From Acidobacteriota bacterium (GTDB taxonomy: Bacteria; Acidobacteriota; UBA6911; RPQK01; JAJDTT01): 64,000 nucleotides of DNA. The notes below the pieces were generated by a model. The model was not told the DNA's origin, did no database searches, and saw only the letters and a program-made list of their open reading frames with translations. The position numbers and the translations under genes were made by a program. Shown here in pieces: positions 1 through 10,560 of the stretch (its first letter is position 1; the number at the start of each line of letters is the position of its first letter). The DNA is taken from contig OZ253580.1 of assembly GCA_965263035.1 (NCBI GenBank), positions 960,001-1,024,000 on the forward strand, written 5' to 3'.

Positions 1-1
1 G

Positions 2-436
2 GACTCCGAATATCTTGGAGCCGTAGGGCTGGGAATCGGTGTGAATGGCGATTCCCGGGTGGCCCGGCCTGGATTCGGTGTACGTGCAGGAGGTGCAGAT
101 CAACTCGTCGCCCAAGAGTTCCTCCAAGAACTCTACCGTGGCAGGAAGGGCGATCACCGACGTAGCTCGAGGCGAGTCGGTCCACTGCAGATTGGGACGG
201 CTTCGCTGATGGTCGCTGTAATCGGTCGGCCTGGTCGTGACTCTGGAGGTCTCCCGGCGGATTTCCTCCATCAGTTCCTCGCTCAGCAGATCCGGAATGA
301 CGACGAAACCCTCCAACTCGATGGAACGAATCTTCTGGGCGCGGGTCAGACCGTACCAATGGCTATCCGGGACCCGGTTCGCCCGCTCCAGACTTTCTCG
401 AGTGTTGGTGAAAGATGCGTCCATTTCTCTATCCAT
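2..436 (-). CDS. Phytanoyl-CoA dioxygenase (PhyH)-family Fe(II)/2OG dioxygenase, N-terminal part, runs off the window edge; not in the ORF track
   Basis: Hand translation from ATG at 436, which follows a GGAGG Shine-Dalgarno (SD): MDREMDASF...IELEGFVVIPDLLSEE...EFLEELLGDEL...PGIAIHTDSQPYG. It has the PhyH-like EGFVVIPDLLS segment and an HxD metal motif; the frame is open to the edge. Confidence 0.75.
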   Translation of the reverse strand, partial: MDREMDASFTNTRESLERANRVPDSHWYGLTRAQKIRSIELEGFVVIPDLLSEELMEEIRRETSRVTTRPTDYSDHQRSRPNLQWTDSPRATSVIALPATVEFLEELLGDELICTSCTYTESRPGHPGIAIHTDSQPYGSKIFGV

Positions 437-671
437 CCTCCCTCCGTTCTTCCTAGGAGCCTGCGCCATCGGACGTTCTCAAGGCGAGACGATGAGAACC
501 CATCCCTAACAACAACGTAAATACAGCCAAAATAATCGTCTCTCCCCTAATTTAGAACAAACTGTGACCCATTTTTGCCTCGGATAGGTCAATTTCCCCT
601 ACTATTTTTTCTGCGGCGCAGACTCCTAGCCACCTGAAACAGTCTCCTGTCTGTCACGTAGAGACTCGAGT

Positions 672-1559
672 TTAGAGTGGTGCTTCTGCGAGACCAATCG
701 ATTCGGGGGAGACGACAGTCAGATCTTCTCCAAAAATGACCGTGCCCTGAAAGATCTCACGAACTTCCGAGATGACCTGTTCTCGCACTCCCGGCCTGTC
801 GATCTGTCCCGTAATATGAGTCAGAACGACCGTTTTGACACCTGCGTTACGGGCCAGAGTGCCAATCATTCCAGGGCTCCCACAACCCCTCGCCATGGCC
901 TCGTTGAACTCCGTCCCCGTGAGGTAGTGGCACATGTGAATGAGAACGTCAGCACCTTCCGAAAAGGAGACCATGCGATCGGTCGGACCTGAGTCTCCAC
1001 TGTAAACCAGAACGTACTCCTCCGTTTCCAATCGATAGGCCAAGCACCGCAGATACGGCTGAGCATGGGGGACTTCAATGACCCGAACCGTCCAATTGTC
1101 TCCCCGAAATTCGGATCCAGGCTCCGCCTCGGTAATGACGGGCCGCAGCCGTTCTCTCGTCCCCGTGCCGCCGCGGGCATGGTAGAGCGCCACACTGGCT
1201 TCGTTCTTGGTCCGGGCCTCCAAATCGGAATCGAAAACCCCGTCCTTATCAAACAGGGCTTCCAGGATTCGTTGGATCGGCCGAGGACCATAAACCTTCA
1301 ACTCCGGAATCTTCCCCGCCCCCTGATCCCAGCGCTGAAGAACATAGTGCGGAAGATCAGTGCAGTGATCGTAATGCCAGTGGGTCACAAAGAGTTGAGT
1401 GACCTCGGTCGGCTGTCTCCCCGTCTCGAGAAAACGCCGGTAGGAACCGGGCCCGCAGTCGAACACAAAAACTTCTGACGGCGTTTCCACCATGTAGCCA
1501 GAACCGGCACGCTTTACCGAGGGTGTCGGCGACCCGGTACCCAGTAAAGTGATTCTCAT
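672..1559 (-). CDS. MBL-fold metallohydrolase (RNase Z/arylsulfatase-like)
   Basis: LLGTGSP, FDCG, THWHYDH (HxHxDH), YSGDS and LTHI motifs. Confidence 0.9.
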   Translation of the reverse strand: MRITLLGTGSPTPSVKRAGSGYMVETPSEVFVFDCGPGSYRRFLETGRQPTEVTQLFVTHWHYDHCTDLPHYVLQRWDQGAGKIPELKVYGPRPIQRILEALFDKDGVFDSDLEARTKNEASVALYHARGGTGTRERLRPVITEAEPGSEFRGDNWTVRVIEVPHAQPYLRCLAYRLETEEYVLVYSGDSGPTDRMVSFSEGADVLIHMCHYLTGTEFNEAMARGCGSPGMIGTLARNAGVKTVVLTHITGQIDRPGVREQVISEVREIFQGTVIFGEDLTVVSPESIGLAEAPL

Positions 1560-1865
1560 GCGGCTGCTCCCCTGCTGCTACGGACCAAGACCGGCCCTGA
1601 AAATTAGTTAGTGACGGATTTTCCCCTGGAAGATTAGCTCCTTCATGTCATAATGCAAAGATGGTACTGTATTTAATGAGAAATAAGGAACCCGCAATCA
1701 CACTGCCGTTTTCTTCCTCCCAGTTTTCCTATAAATTATCAGAGAAGTGAACCTTCTGGCCGAAGTCTTCTGGAGTGAGTCGGGGCGGGTTCCTTCCGGT
1801 ATTCTCGAACCAGACCCAAGACACTCCCGGGTTCAGTGACAGGAGTTTCCCCGAAGAGATCTGTA

Positions 1866-3026
1866 ATGTTGTTTTCTGCTGAGGAATATCAACATCGTCA
1901 GAACAGGATCCGAGGAGAATTAGAGGCTGTCCGTCTGGACGCCCTTCTGGTTAGCGGGGACGACAACATCACCTACTTTGCCGGCATCCGTTCCCTTCTG
2001 CCCCGCTTGATCCAGACCCGCCCTCTATTCGTTCTGATCCCCGTCAGCCAAGATCCGGTCGTACTGATTCACAATTCGCGAGTCGTCGACACCCGGGTCA
2101 ACTCGCCCATCTCAGAGCATAGGATTTATTCGACTTCCGAGGAAGTTCCCTACGGTTGTGCGCCCGTTGCCGAACTGACAGATCTGCTTCGAGCACGCGG
2201 TCTGGAGCGTGGCAGAATCGGCGTAGAGTTGGGTCATGACACCAGAATGGGGATGCCCGTTGGAGACTTCGAGCGGCTACGCGCGAGACTCCCGAACGCA
2301 CAATTTCGCGATGCCTCAGATCCAATTTGGAACGTGCGCATGCGAAAGTCACCCGCCGAATTGGAGTTATTGAAACGGTCTGCTGAGATCACGGGTGAAG
2401 CGCGGCAGCGGACATTCGCCCAGTTGAAGCCCGGCATGACGGATGGGCAGGTTCTGAATCTCTTCTTCCGGGAAATCCTCGAAGTGGGGGGTGACCGCCC
2501 GTCGTTCGGGTTTGTGGCGGCGGGTCCGCTGCAACCGGAAATTCCACTATTTGGAGTGCCCGCGGGCCGGCCGCTCGAAATGGGGGACCTCGTCTGTCTG
2601 GACGGAGGGTGCTGGGTGCAGGATTATAGTTGCGATTATGATCGCCTGGCCGTTCTAGGCCGCCCGAGTCACCGGCAGAAGGACCTGTACCAAAGGCTGC
2701 GTGATTTGAACGACAAAATGCTGGAATTATTTCGTCCCGGAGTGAGTACCGCCGAGGTCTACGCAGTTTATGTTGCAGAGTGTCGGCGACACAAAATTCC
2801 GAATCCAGGAGTCATTGTGGGGCATGGAATGGGTATGCTTCTCGGTGAGCCTCCCAGGGTCGCCCCCTGGGATGAAACGGTCTTTGAACCAGGAATCGTC
2901 TGTAGCAGCGAGCCCTATTTCCTGCCGGCGGATGGTCCTCTGGTCTGGGAGGACCTTTTGGTCATCACCGAATCCGGTCACGAGCTCCTGACGACGGAGA
3001 GTCCGGATCTGTTTGTGATCAATTAG
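1866..3026 (+). CDS. M24 family metallopeptidase (Xaa-Pro peptidase/creatinase-like)
   Basis: Creatinase-N-like start, RMRKSPAE linker, and metal ligands in LDGG/CDYD/GHG/SSEP/WED. ATG 1866 is preferred over GTG 1836. Confidence 0.85.
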   Translation: MLFSAEEYQHRQNRIRGELEAVRLDALLVSGDDNITYFAGIRSLLPRLIQTRPLFVLIPVSQDPVVLIHNSRVVDTRVNSPISEHRIYSTSEEVPYGCAPVAELTDLLRARGLERGRIGVELGHDTRMGMPVGDFERLRARLPNAQFRDASDPIWNVRMRKSPAELELLKRSAEITGEARQRTFAQLKPGMTDGQVLNLFFREILEVGGDRPSFGFVAAGPLQPEIPLFGVPAGRPLEMGDLVCLDGGCWVQDYSCDYDRLAVLGRPSHRQKDLYQRLRDLNDKMLELFRPGVSTAEVYAVYVAECRRHKIPNPGVIVGHGMGMLLGEPPRVAPWDETVFEPGIVCSSEPYFLPADGPLVWEDLLVITESGHELLTTESPDLFVIN

Positions 3027-3267
3027 CCCCTCGCCGAAGGTGAAGAGATAGAGACTTGTTTCGAGATTACCATGGGCGCGATTGAGGACAGAATGATCCG
3101 AAGAGGGTTCTTGAGTGGCTGCCTCGTCAGTTTTGCATCCGGATGGGCCAACCGTCGAATCGCTGACGAGCCAACCCACCGACCCATAGTCGCCGAAGCC
3201 GGCAAGCTCCTGAGAATGAATAGATGATTCGGGAGAGAGTCTCTGTTTCCCGGGAGGCAGTGCGCTT

Positions 3268-3591
3268 GTGAAAGCGAAGACGGTCCGGATTACCGTGTTG
3301 CGCAAAACCTTCAATCAGGATTTCGTCGATGCCTACACGGAGGGCTTTGAGTGGAAGCCACGTGGTTGTTGCCATGACTTCGTAGTGGGCCAGGAGTTCT
3401 TTTCGGATGGACACATGCCTGACGGCTTCAGCGATTGGGCGTGGACGGACATCCAGAAGTATGTCGTGGTTCTGGCCCGGGGAGGCAACATGGTCGGTGT
3501 CAAACCTGGGGTCTTCGTGACTTGCTGCACGGACGGTTTCAGACCCGTGTTCTTCAAATTGGAGCGGGTTGAGGAGGACGAATCGTCTTGA
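3268..3591 (+). CDS. TIGR04076-like small Cys-containing protein
   Basis: 107 aa with VRITVLRK...GQEF...PDGF.DWAW...CCTDGFRPVFFKLERV; GGAGG SD upstream. Confidence 0.8.
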   Translation: MKAKTVRITVLRKTFNQDFVDAYTEGFEWKPRGCCHDFVVGQEFFSDGHMPDGFSDWAWTDIQKYVVVLARGGNMVGVKPGVFVTCCTDGFRPVFFKLERVEEDESS

Positions 3592-3649
3592 ATGGATAGT
3601 TACGGATAATGGAATGTCTGGCATCGATATCTGAGGGAGGGACGAATCG

Positions 3650-4681
3650 ATGAGTAAAGAACCAACAGCTGCGGACCACTTCGATGTCTCCAGGCCGGCG
3701 TGCGATTCAGCTGCCCAGAAGGGAGCTTTGTGGCTGAAGGCTCAAATGCGGGGTGACGGCTCGCTGCGTCACGCTTCAAGCCTGAGTGACTACTACAAAG
3801 TCTGCTACGGTCTGGCGGTGACCGGTCACAGTGCTGCCACGGAACGAATGCTCGACTACTTCGCCGGTAGATTTCTAAAAGAAAATGGAGATCTGGACGG
3901 AACAGGCTGCCCATGGTTCGAAGATTTTCGCATCTACGCCCATGGTTGGATCATCGCAGCGGCTATGTCAAGAGGCCGGTTCGATATCGCCTATCCAATC
4001 CTGAGATTCCTCTCGACTTTCCACGATAGCCGCAGTGGCGGGTTCTTTACGACCGCTGAAGGACGAGAGCAAGGGGACGGTTCTCAAGAGATCATGACGA
4101 CGGCTATGGCTGGGATTGCGTGCGTATGGGGAGGCCGATTGGACATGGCACGGGCTACGGGGCGCTGGATGAGAAACCTCTACGACGAGCAACCTGACCT
4201 GTCGAGTCGACTCTGTTTCGTCTGGCACCCTCGTGACGGACTCGTCGTAGACTTTCCTGACGATCAGGCTCGAGAATATTGCGTATCCACGTCGGAGGTA
4301 AGTCAACGTTATTACCAGTACGGTATTGCCGTTGCGTTTCTGACCTCCTTGCATGCTGCCACCGGTGAGCAGGAATGGTTGAAACTGTCTCAACGATTCT
4401 TGGAGGCAACCCGGTATTGCGCCGAGGATGTGTACCGCCAGCCCCAGAGCGGGAAGATTGGGTGGGGGGCGGCCTGGACGTATCGGTTGACGAGAGATCC
4501 CAGGGATCGTGGTATTGCGGAGGCTGTACAGGAAGGATTACTGACTCTTCAAAGCGAGAGGGGCTGGTGGAGCGTTCTCAATGTCTACGACTACGAAATG
4601 ACGAAGAGTCCTGAACCTTCTGCCGACATCACAGGGGAGTTTGTGGCTCATCTGGGAAATATAGAACTATCCTTGCAATAA
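3650..4681 (+). CDS. Hypothetical protein, probable (alpha/alpha)-barrel (prenyltransferase/squalene-cyclase-repeat-like)
   Basis: QW-like motifs (WLKAQMRGDGS, FHDSRSGGF, LQSERGWW), helical character, GAGGGAGG SD. Confidence 0.6.
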   Translation: MSKEPTAADHFDVSRPACDSAAQKGALWLKAQMRGDGSLRHASSLSDYYKVCYGLAVTGHSAATERMLDYFAGRFLKENGDLDGTGCPWFEDFRIYAHGWIIAAAMSRGRFDIAYPILRFLSTFHDSRSGGFFTTAEGREQGDGSQEIMTTAMAGIACVWGGRLDMARATGRWMRNLYDEQPDLSSRLCFVWHPRDGLVVDFPDDQAREYCVSTSEVSQRYYQYGIAVAFLTSLHAATGEQEWLKLSQRFLEATRYCAEDVYRQPQSGKIGWGAAWTYRLTRDPRDRGIAEAVQEGLLTLQSERGWWSVLNVYDYEMTKSPEPSADITGEFVAHLGNIELSLQ

Positions 4682-4762
4682 TAGTGGCGAGTCACGCTGC
4701 CGACCACCGAAGTATCTTCTCATCTTCCCCACCTGTGATATTCGTCTGAGCCAAATTTCGGC

Positions 4763-6031
4763 TCACCGCAGGGGATTGCCACTGCGTGTCTTGACCTCGC
4801 TCGCAGAGACCGGAGAAGTTTCTTGCGGCGAGCGGGAACGGTCATTTTCAGGAGTCAGCTGTTGGAGGATCTCAAACCGCCGGAACGACAATTCCGGCCT
4901 CCCGGCATCCCGATAGGCCAAGGCCAACTGGTAGTGGGCGGATTGGGACAATGGGTCAAGTTCGAGCGCGCGGTTTAAGGCTTGGATTGCCTCTTCATAG
5001 CGTTCTTGAGCCCGATAAACTCGTCCGCGCAACAAATAGATATCCGGATCGCTCGCCCGAATCTGCTCCGCTTCTTCCAGCTCTGCCAGCACCTGTTCGA
5101 AGTAAGGCTCCCCCTTACGGAAGAGGAATCCGGCCATTGCCGTAGAGACCATCACACCAGGGGGTAGAAACTCATTCCTGGCTTGGAGGACTTGAATGGC
5201 CTTATCCACCTGTCCCAGAGATTCGTAGGCCTGAGCCAGAGGCATATAGGCCTCCGCCTGAGAAGGGTTGCGGGCGATCAATTGGCGGAGAACAGTCGTA
5301 GCCCGTTCATAGTCACCCGCAGCACTATAAGTGCGTCCAAGGTGCGACACGAGATCCGTCGAATCGGGAATCGCCTTGCATCCTCGTTCCAGAATCTCAA
5401 TGGCCTCTCGCAACTCCTGTTCATCCCGAAATAATTCAGCCAGAACCAGATAGTTTCTTTCGACCTCAGGAGCCAGTCTCACCCCCAACTGGAGATGTTC
5501 GATTGCCTTTTGCCTCTGCTTGGTGTTGAGATAACTGATCCCAGCCACAGTGGCTGCGGCCCCCTTCAGATCAGGCCTTACCGCTTCATTCATTAGGATC
5601 TCAAGAGCATGGCGAAGGGCGCCCGAGTAAGCTCCGCCCTGGCTTTGCAAAATCGCCAATTCAAGCTTGGCTTCTGGAGCGGAATGAATCTCGGCCTCGC
5701 TCCTTAAGAACTGGCCCAGCTCCAGGTGGATCGCCTTTCGAGGGAGGTTCAGCCGGGAAAGGCGACGAAGGTAGTGGCGGGCTTTTCCCTTATCGCCCCC
5801 CAGGATACTCAGCTTGACCAAGTCCGAAAGAAACAGCGGGTGGTCGGGGCTCAGGGCTAACAGCCGGCTCATAAACTGCTGAGCTGTCGAGGACTCGGCC
5901 CCTTCCATCAGAGCCGACACCACCCGATCATGGACTTCGGGCGAGTCAGCGCCGGCCATCAATACCTCCTTTAGTACGGCCAGCCCTTCCCGAGTGCGGC
6001 CCTGCGGGGAAGCCCCGCCGATTCGTCTCAA
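4763..6031 (-). CDS. Tetratricopeptide repeat (TPR) protein, probably 5'-truncated
   Basis: Multiple TPRs (e.g. IYLLRGRVYRAQERYEEAIQALNRALELDP, AHYQLALAYRDAG). It has only a TTG start without SD or signal peptide, and an in-frame stop lies at 6101-6103 upstream. Confidence 0.75.
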   Translation of the reverse strand: MRRIGGASPQGRTREGLAVLKEVLMAGADSPEVHDRVVSALMEGAESSTAQQFMSRLLALSPDHPLFLSDLVKLSILGGDKGKARHYLRRLSRLNLPRKAIHLELGQFLRSEAEIHSAPEAKLELAILQSQGGAYSGALRHALEILMNEAVRPDLKGAAATVAGISYLNTKQRQKAIEHLQLGVRLAPEVERNYLVLAELFRDEQELREAIEILERGCKAIPDSTDLVSHLGRTYSAAGDYERATTVLRQLIARNPSQAEAYMPLAQAYESLGQVDKAIQVLQARNEFLPPGVMVSTAMAGFLFRKGEPYFEQVLAELEEAEQIRASDPDIYLLRGRVYRAQERYEEAIQALNRALELDPLSQSAHYQLALAYRDAGRPELSFRRFEILQQLTPENDRSRSPQETSPVSASEVKTRSGNPLR

Positions 6032-6160
6032 TTCCAGCCCTAAAACGGGACCTCCGGATGGGACGTAGCTTGTCTGGGGAGGTCGCCAACGGGTTGCGCC
6101 CTAGAGGGTAGTTTCAGTATCGTGGCCATCATATAATTTATACATCGGAGGCGACGCGTC

Positions 6161-7342
6161 ATGAGGGCGAATAGAACAGCCGATATCATCATCATTGGTG
6201 CTGGGGTCTATGGTTGCGGTATCGCTTACAATCTGGCCAAGAACGGCGCCAAAAATGTGGTGCTTCTTGAACGTAAGGCGATATGCTCTGGCGGCACGGG
6301 GAAATCTTGCGCGGCTTCGCGCACCCACTATTCGATCCAGGCGAATCTCATCCATGCCGTCGAAAGCTTGAAGATATTCGAGAATTTCGCCGAGATTGTC
6401 GGCGGCGATGCCGGCTTTCGCCGCACAGGCTACTTGATCCTTGGCCCGGAGGAATATGGTGAACCGATGCAAGCCGTATTTCGCAGGCAAAACGAATATG
6501 GTATCGACACGACGACTGTCTCGCGTGAAGAAGCCGCGCAGATCCACCCTCTGCTCTATCTCGACGATGTTGAGGTCATCGGCTACGACACTCGCGGCGG
6601 CTACTGCGACCCCTACTTGACCACTACGTCTTACGCCTGGCGCGCTCAAGAGCTCGGGGTGACCATTGAGACCAATACTCGGGTGACCGGTATCCGCCTC
6701 AATGGGCAGGTAAAGACCGTCCAGACTCCCAGCGGCGACTTCGAAAGCTCAACTGTAGTGCTTGCCGCTGGTCCCTGGACTCACGCGGTTGGGAAAATGA
6801 TCGGCGTCGAGTTTCCTTTTGTCGTTAGCCGACACAAAGTCATCACGCTCAAGGGCGATCAACCCTACCAAATCGATTGGCCCATTGTGAAAGACTTGAC
6901 GACGCCTGACAAAATATATCTTCGATCGGACAGCGGAGGGACAGTGCTCATCGGCACGGGTGACCACGGTGACCCGATTGAGGATCCGGATTCGCTCACC
7001 GACCATGTCGATCAAGCTCACATCGCTCGTATCGGTGCCTTGATTTCCAGACGGATGCCTGAGTTTTTCGCCAAGGCAAAATGCACGGCAAGCTGGACCG
7101 GCCCTTACGATATCACCCCCGATTGGAACCCGCTTGTGGGCCCTGTACCAGGCCTGGAGGATATCTACGTTGCGGTTGGGTTCAGTGGGCACGGCTTCAA
7201 GCTGGCCCCGACAATTAGCGAAGCATTGGCTCAGAGCGTGCTTGGCCTGGAACCGCGACTGCCCATCAGCGAGTACTCCATGACACGCTTCTGCCAGGGA
7301 GAAGCGCTACACGGCGCATATGGGATTGGTTCGATTTCGTAG
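6161..7342 (+). CDS. FAD-dependent oxidoreductase, DAO/sarcosine oxidase beta-like
   Basis: IIIGAGVYG Rossmann motif, VVLAAGPW, DITPDWNPLVG, GFSGHGFKLAP. Confidence 0.92.
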   Translation: MRANRTADIIIIGAGVYGCGIAYNLAKNGAKNVVLLERKAICSGGTGKSCAASRTHYSIQANLIHAVESLKIFENFAEIVGGDAGFRRTGYLILGPEEYGEPMQAVFRRQNEYGIDTTTVSREEAAQIHPLLYLDDVEVIGYDTRGGYCDPYLTTTSYAWRAQELGVTIETNTRVTGIRLNGQVKTVQTPSGDFESSTVVLAAGPWTHAVGKMIGVEFPFVVSRHKVITLKGDQPYQIDWPIVKDLTTPDKIYLRSDSGGTVLIGTGDHGDPIEDPDSLTDHVDQAHIARIGALISRRMPEFFAKAKCTASWTGPYDITPDWNPLVGPVPGLEDIYVAVGFSGHGFKLAPTISEALAQSVLGLEPRLPISEYSMTRFCQGEALHGAYGIGSIS

Positions 7343-7359
7343 TGACGTGGAATCGTCTA

Positions 7360-7904
7360 CTAGCGGTGAGTTCTCGACTCGGTCACGGAGCTTCCTTCTT
7401 CCAGAACAATCAGTTGCCGGGGTTGGATGTTCTGAAGAGAATCGCGGACTCCGCTGGGCCAGGAAACAGTTACTTCCAGAGGGCCCTTGTACTCGCCCAA
7501 GCCAAAATGTGCCCGATAGTCACTGGCCGCAAGATAGCTTCCGGCGGACGTGACCTGGGCTAACAGGCGTTTCGGCCCGGCTTGGAGCTCCACAAGAGCT
7601 CCGAATCCGTTTCGGTTGGATTGCTTGCCGACCAGTCTTAATTGCAACCAGGGATTTCGGTTGGCCCCTCATTGCGTAGCAGTTGCGGGCTTCCACCACA
7701 TTTGCTGACCAGTACATCGAGGTCTCCATCATAGTCGTGATCGGCCCAAACCAGACCCCGGCTGACCTGAGGAACCTCCAACGCATTACCCCGCATGGAA
7801 GACACGTCCTGGAAGCGGGCGGCCACGTTCTCCAGGAGAACTCTCGGCTGCCGGAACGTTGCTCCGGTCCGAACCTTCTCGGCGTTGTCCAGGACGTGCC
7901 CGTT
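7360..7904 (-). pseudogene. C-terminal fragment of a CRTAC1-family (FG-GAP + ASPIC/UnbV) protein, frameshifted
   Basis: NGHVLDN...SRGLVWADHDYDGDLDVLV...LLRNEG, then in another frame WLQLRLVG...NRNGFGALV...SYLAASDYRAHFGLG...WPSG. One G is missing in the run at 7665-7668. Homologous to 33755-35404; the N-terminal two-thirds are absent. Confidence 0.85.
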
Positions 7905-7935
7905 TCGGAAATCACGAGCTCCCTTTCTCCAACCA

Positions 7936-9160
7936 TTATTCGTCAAAGAGGCTGACGAAGATACCACAGGGTTTCAGCCGGCCCTTCATCTTCTCGGTGT
8001 AGTAACCGTAGTAGGCACACAGGATCGTGCCGTCCTCCAGCTGCGTGGCCTGGGGATATCCAAGGTCGAAATTACCAGGCTCCCACACTCGCAGCTCCTT
8101 CATCGTTTTCAGATCCCAGTTCCTGCCTTCATCTCGACTCAAGATCGCCCGGACCGAAAAAGGGGGACGACGATGGCCTTAAACCAGCAGCAACGCTCCG
8201 CTCTGCAAACGTTTCAGGTAGGCAGAATGACCCCAGACGGGCGTCTTCACGGAACGGCTCCAGGTCAAGCCGTTGTCATGTGATTCCGTCTGGTAGAGAT
8301 AGTCCCACCGGGCATTCGGATCGTAGCGCGCCTCCGGCTTGGTGAAAGCGCGAGGCCGGTCGACGCGCAGCAGGGCCAGCACCTTCCCCTCGGGGCTGGC
8401 CAACATACCGGGCTCTTCCACCAGAATGGGTGGGGATTGGGAACTCGGGAAAAGTAGCGATAGGATCGGCCCTCGTCTTCACTGCGCAGGAAGACGGAGG
8501 CCCCGCGTGTTCCGGGTCCGCCGATGGACTAGCTGTAAGCGGATCCAGCAGCCAGCAGCGCACCGTCGGGTCCGGTCCATGGTGTGGAACTTGAAGGACG
8601 GATAGGGACCTCCGTCCGTCAAGGATACAGCATGCACCGAGGACAAATGGTTCGAGTACGGCATCGAGCCCACCTGTCCCTTCTGGATCAAGGCATAGCA
8701 GAGCACGTGGGATCTCATGAAGGTCATGGTGACCATGTTCCCGTCCTGAAGAGGCTGGCCATAGGACGCATCGATTATTCTGCCTACCGAGGGAGGGCCG
8801 TCGGTAGGCACCCAGTTATAGCCTCCGTCGTCGGAGATCGACCAGTGATGAACGGACACGGAATGATAATGGTGGTGAGTCTGTAAATTCTGGAGCTTGT
8901 CTATCTCCGCCATGCCAAAGGACAACACGATCTGTTCCGGCGTCAGGATCACCTGGGGATTGCTGGCGAAATATCCCAGGCTCCGCAGCGATGAACCGAA
9001 CGGCGGTGTGCAGTCGGCCACATCCACATTGGTGCCTGGGAGACGCCCAGAGAGTTCCTGTACCCCCGGCGGTAGCGGGACCAGGGGAGAATGCTCTGCG
9101 GCCGGCCAGCGTGGCGCCAGTGGCGGCACCCACAAAGCCTCGACGTGTGATTCGACTCAT
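7936..9160 (-). pseudogene. Tat-signal Asp-box (sialidase-like) propeller pseudogene
   Basis: MSRITRRGFVG Tat start at 9160. Asp boxes SDDGGYNW, SHDNGLTW and SRDEGRNW, plus EEPG and DLGYP, are spread over several frames with in-frame stops. Confidence 0.8.
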
Positions 9161-9194
9161 GGCAACATCACCGTTCCGGACGAGATGCGCCAGA

Positions 9195-10523
9195 TCATCG
9201 CCTCCGTACCTCGATCGGCAGAACGAAGATGCGGGTGAGATCGCCCTCGTGGGCCGGTCTTGGTTTCGCCCCGCGATCATAAACGAGAAGCAGCCGATTT
9301 GGGGAGATTTCCACCATCTCGGTATAGGCCGAGGTCTGAGTGCGTCCCTCACGGCCAGGAGTGGAGGTGTCGTACGCGTAGGAGCCGATGCGATAGGTGG
9401 CGTCAGGCGCCCATCCGTTGTGATGCTCTCTGATATCGACGCTCTGCCAGTTCTCACCACGGCGGTCGGTGGAAAGCCAGAGCCAAATACCGGGCCTGCC
9501 CGTGGAGATGACGATCGTCCCGTTGGCGATGCGCAGCATGCTGGGTTCCACGCTGTAGGCGGGGATGGGTTCCGCCCGTGTCCAGCTGCGTCCCCCATCA
9601 TTGCTGTAGGCTCGGTGCAGGTACCAGGGGAGGCCGCTGCCCACGCGAAAAACGGCCATCAGATCTCCATCCTCCAGCCGAATGACCGCCGTTTCACTGG
9701 GACCGTTGGCTCCCCTCTTGGATGACTCGGGCATAATGGAAGGGTCTGAGATGGTCGAAAAGTAGCGCCAGGTCCGCCCCCGGTCGTCGGAGACAAAGAG
9801 CAGGTTCCTCATCAATTCCTCCGGGTACGATTTGGTGCTAAGGTATCCGGTGACGAAAAGCCTGCCTTCCAGTTCATAGGCGTTGCCATCCAGTTTGGTC
9901 CGCGCAATCCAGTTGGTTCGAGGAATGGCGCTGGGAAACATATCCACGGCCCAGGGCAAGTCCACCAATTTCGTTCCAGCCGGTTCAAAGATGAGCCTGT
10001 CGCCGCCTCGTTCAAAGCGACCGTAAGGGGCATGGAGGTTGTGTCTGTCCTCGGGGTCTGCCTGATAGAAATGGGAAGGAATGGCCAGCAGGGAGCCGTC
10101 GGCTTGCGGATAGTAGATCCAAGGCTGATGATCGGGAATCATCTCGTAGCGATGTCCCCAAGTCTTGCCCCCATCCTTGGAGATCTGCAAGCCCGTGACG
10201 TAAAGCGCCTCTTCGTTCGTGTCCGCCACCAGTGAGTATGTCACCATGAGTTCCCCCGAAGGGAATTTCGCGATGGCGGGAACGGGGTGGATGAAAGCCC
10301 AGGGCCCATCCGATCCGCTCTGCCAGGCCTTCTGGGCGGTCACCTGGATGGGCCGGCCCAGGCGCACCTGCAGCCCTTCCAACTTTACGTCGGTCATATT
10401 CTCTGCTGCGAATATGTCTGAAGCATGAGTCCGCTGGGCATGGCCGCAACTGGAAACGGCGACTAGTAGCCCTAGCAGCAGCAACCGCTTCGACGATGCG
10501 TTGTAGTCATGCAATTGGTCCAT
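9195..10523 (-). CDS. Asp-box (BNR) sialidase-like beta-propeller lipoprotein
   Basis: Signal peptide with VSSC lipobox-like motif; Asp boxes SKDGGKTW, SDDRGRTW, SNDGGRSW, STDRRGENW. Confidence 0.85.
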   Translation of the reverse strand: MDQLHDYNASSKRLLLLGLLVAVSSCGHAQRTHASDIFAAENMTDVKLEGLQVRLGRPIQVTAQKAWQSGSDGPWAFIHPVPAIAKFPSGELMVTYSLVADTNEEALYVTGLQISKDGGKTWGHRYEMIPDHQPWIYYPQADGSLLAIPSHFYQADPEDRHNLHAPYGRFERGGDRLIFEPAGTKLVDLPWAVDMFPSAIPRTNWIARTKLDGNAYELEGRLFVTGYLSTKSYPEELMRNLLFVSDDRGRTWRYFSTISDPSIMPESSKRGANGPSETAVIRLEDGDLMAVFRVGSGLPWYLHRAYSNDGGRSWTRAEPIPAYSVEPSMLRIANGTIVISTGRPGIWLWLSTDRRGENWQSVDIREHHNGWAPDATYRIGSYAYDTSTPGREGRTQTSAYTEMVEISPNRLLLVYDRGAKPRPAHEGDLTRIFVLPIEVRRR

Positions 10524-10528
10524 TCTAC

Positions 10529-10560
10529 TTCCCCTCTTCCCCTCTTCCCCTCTTCCCCTC
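10529..10560. repeat. Perfect tandem octamer (TTCCCCTC)x4
   Basis: Read directly; it is GAGGGGAA x4 on the minus strand, ending 5 nt before the ATG at 10523. Confidence 0.95.
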
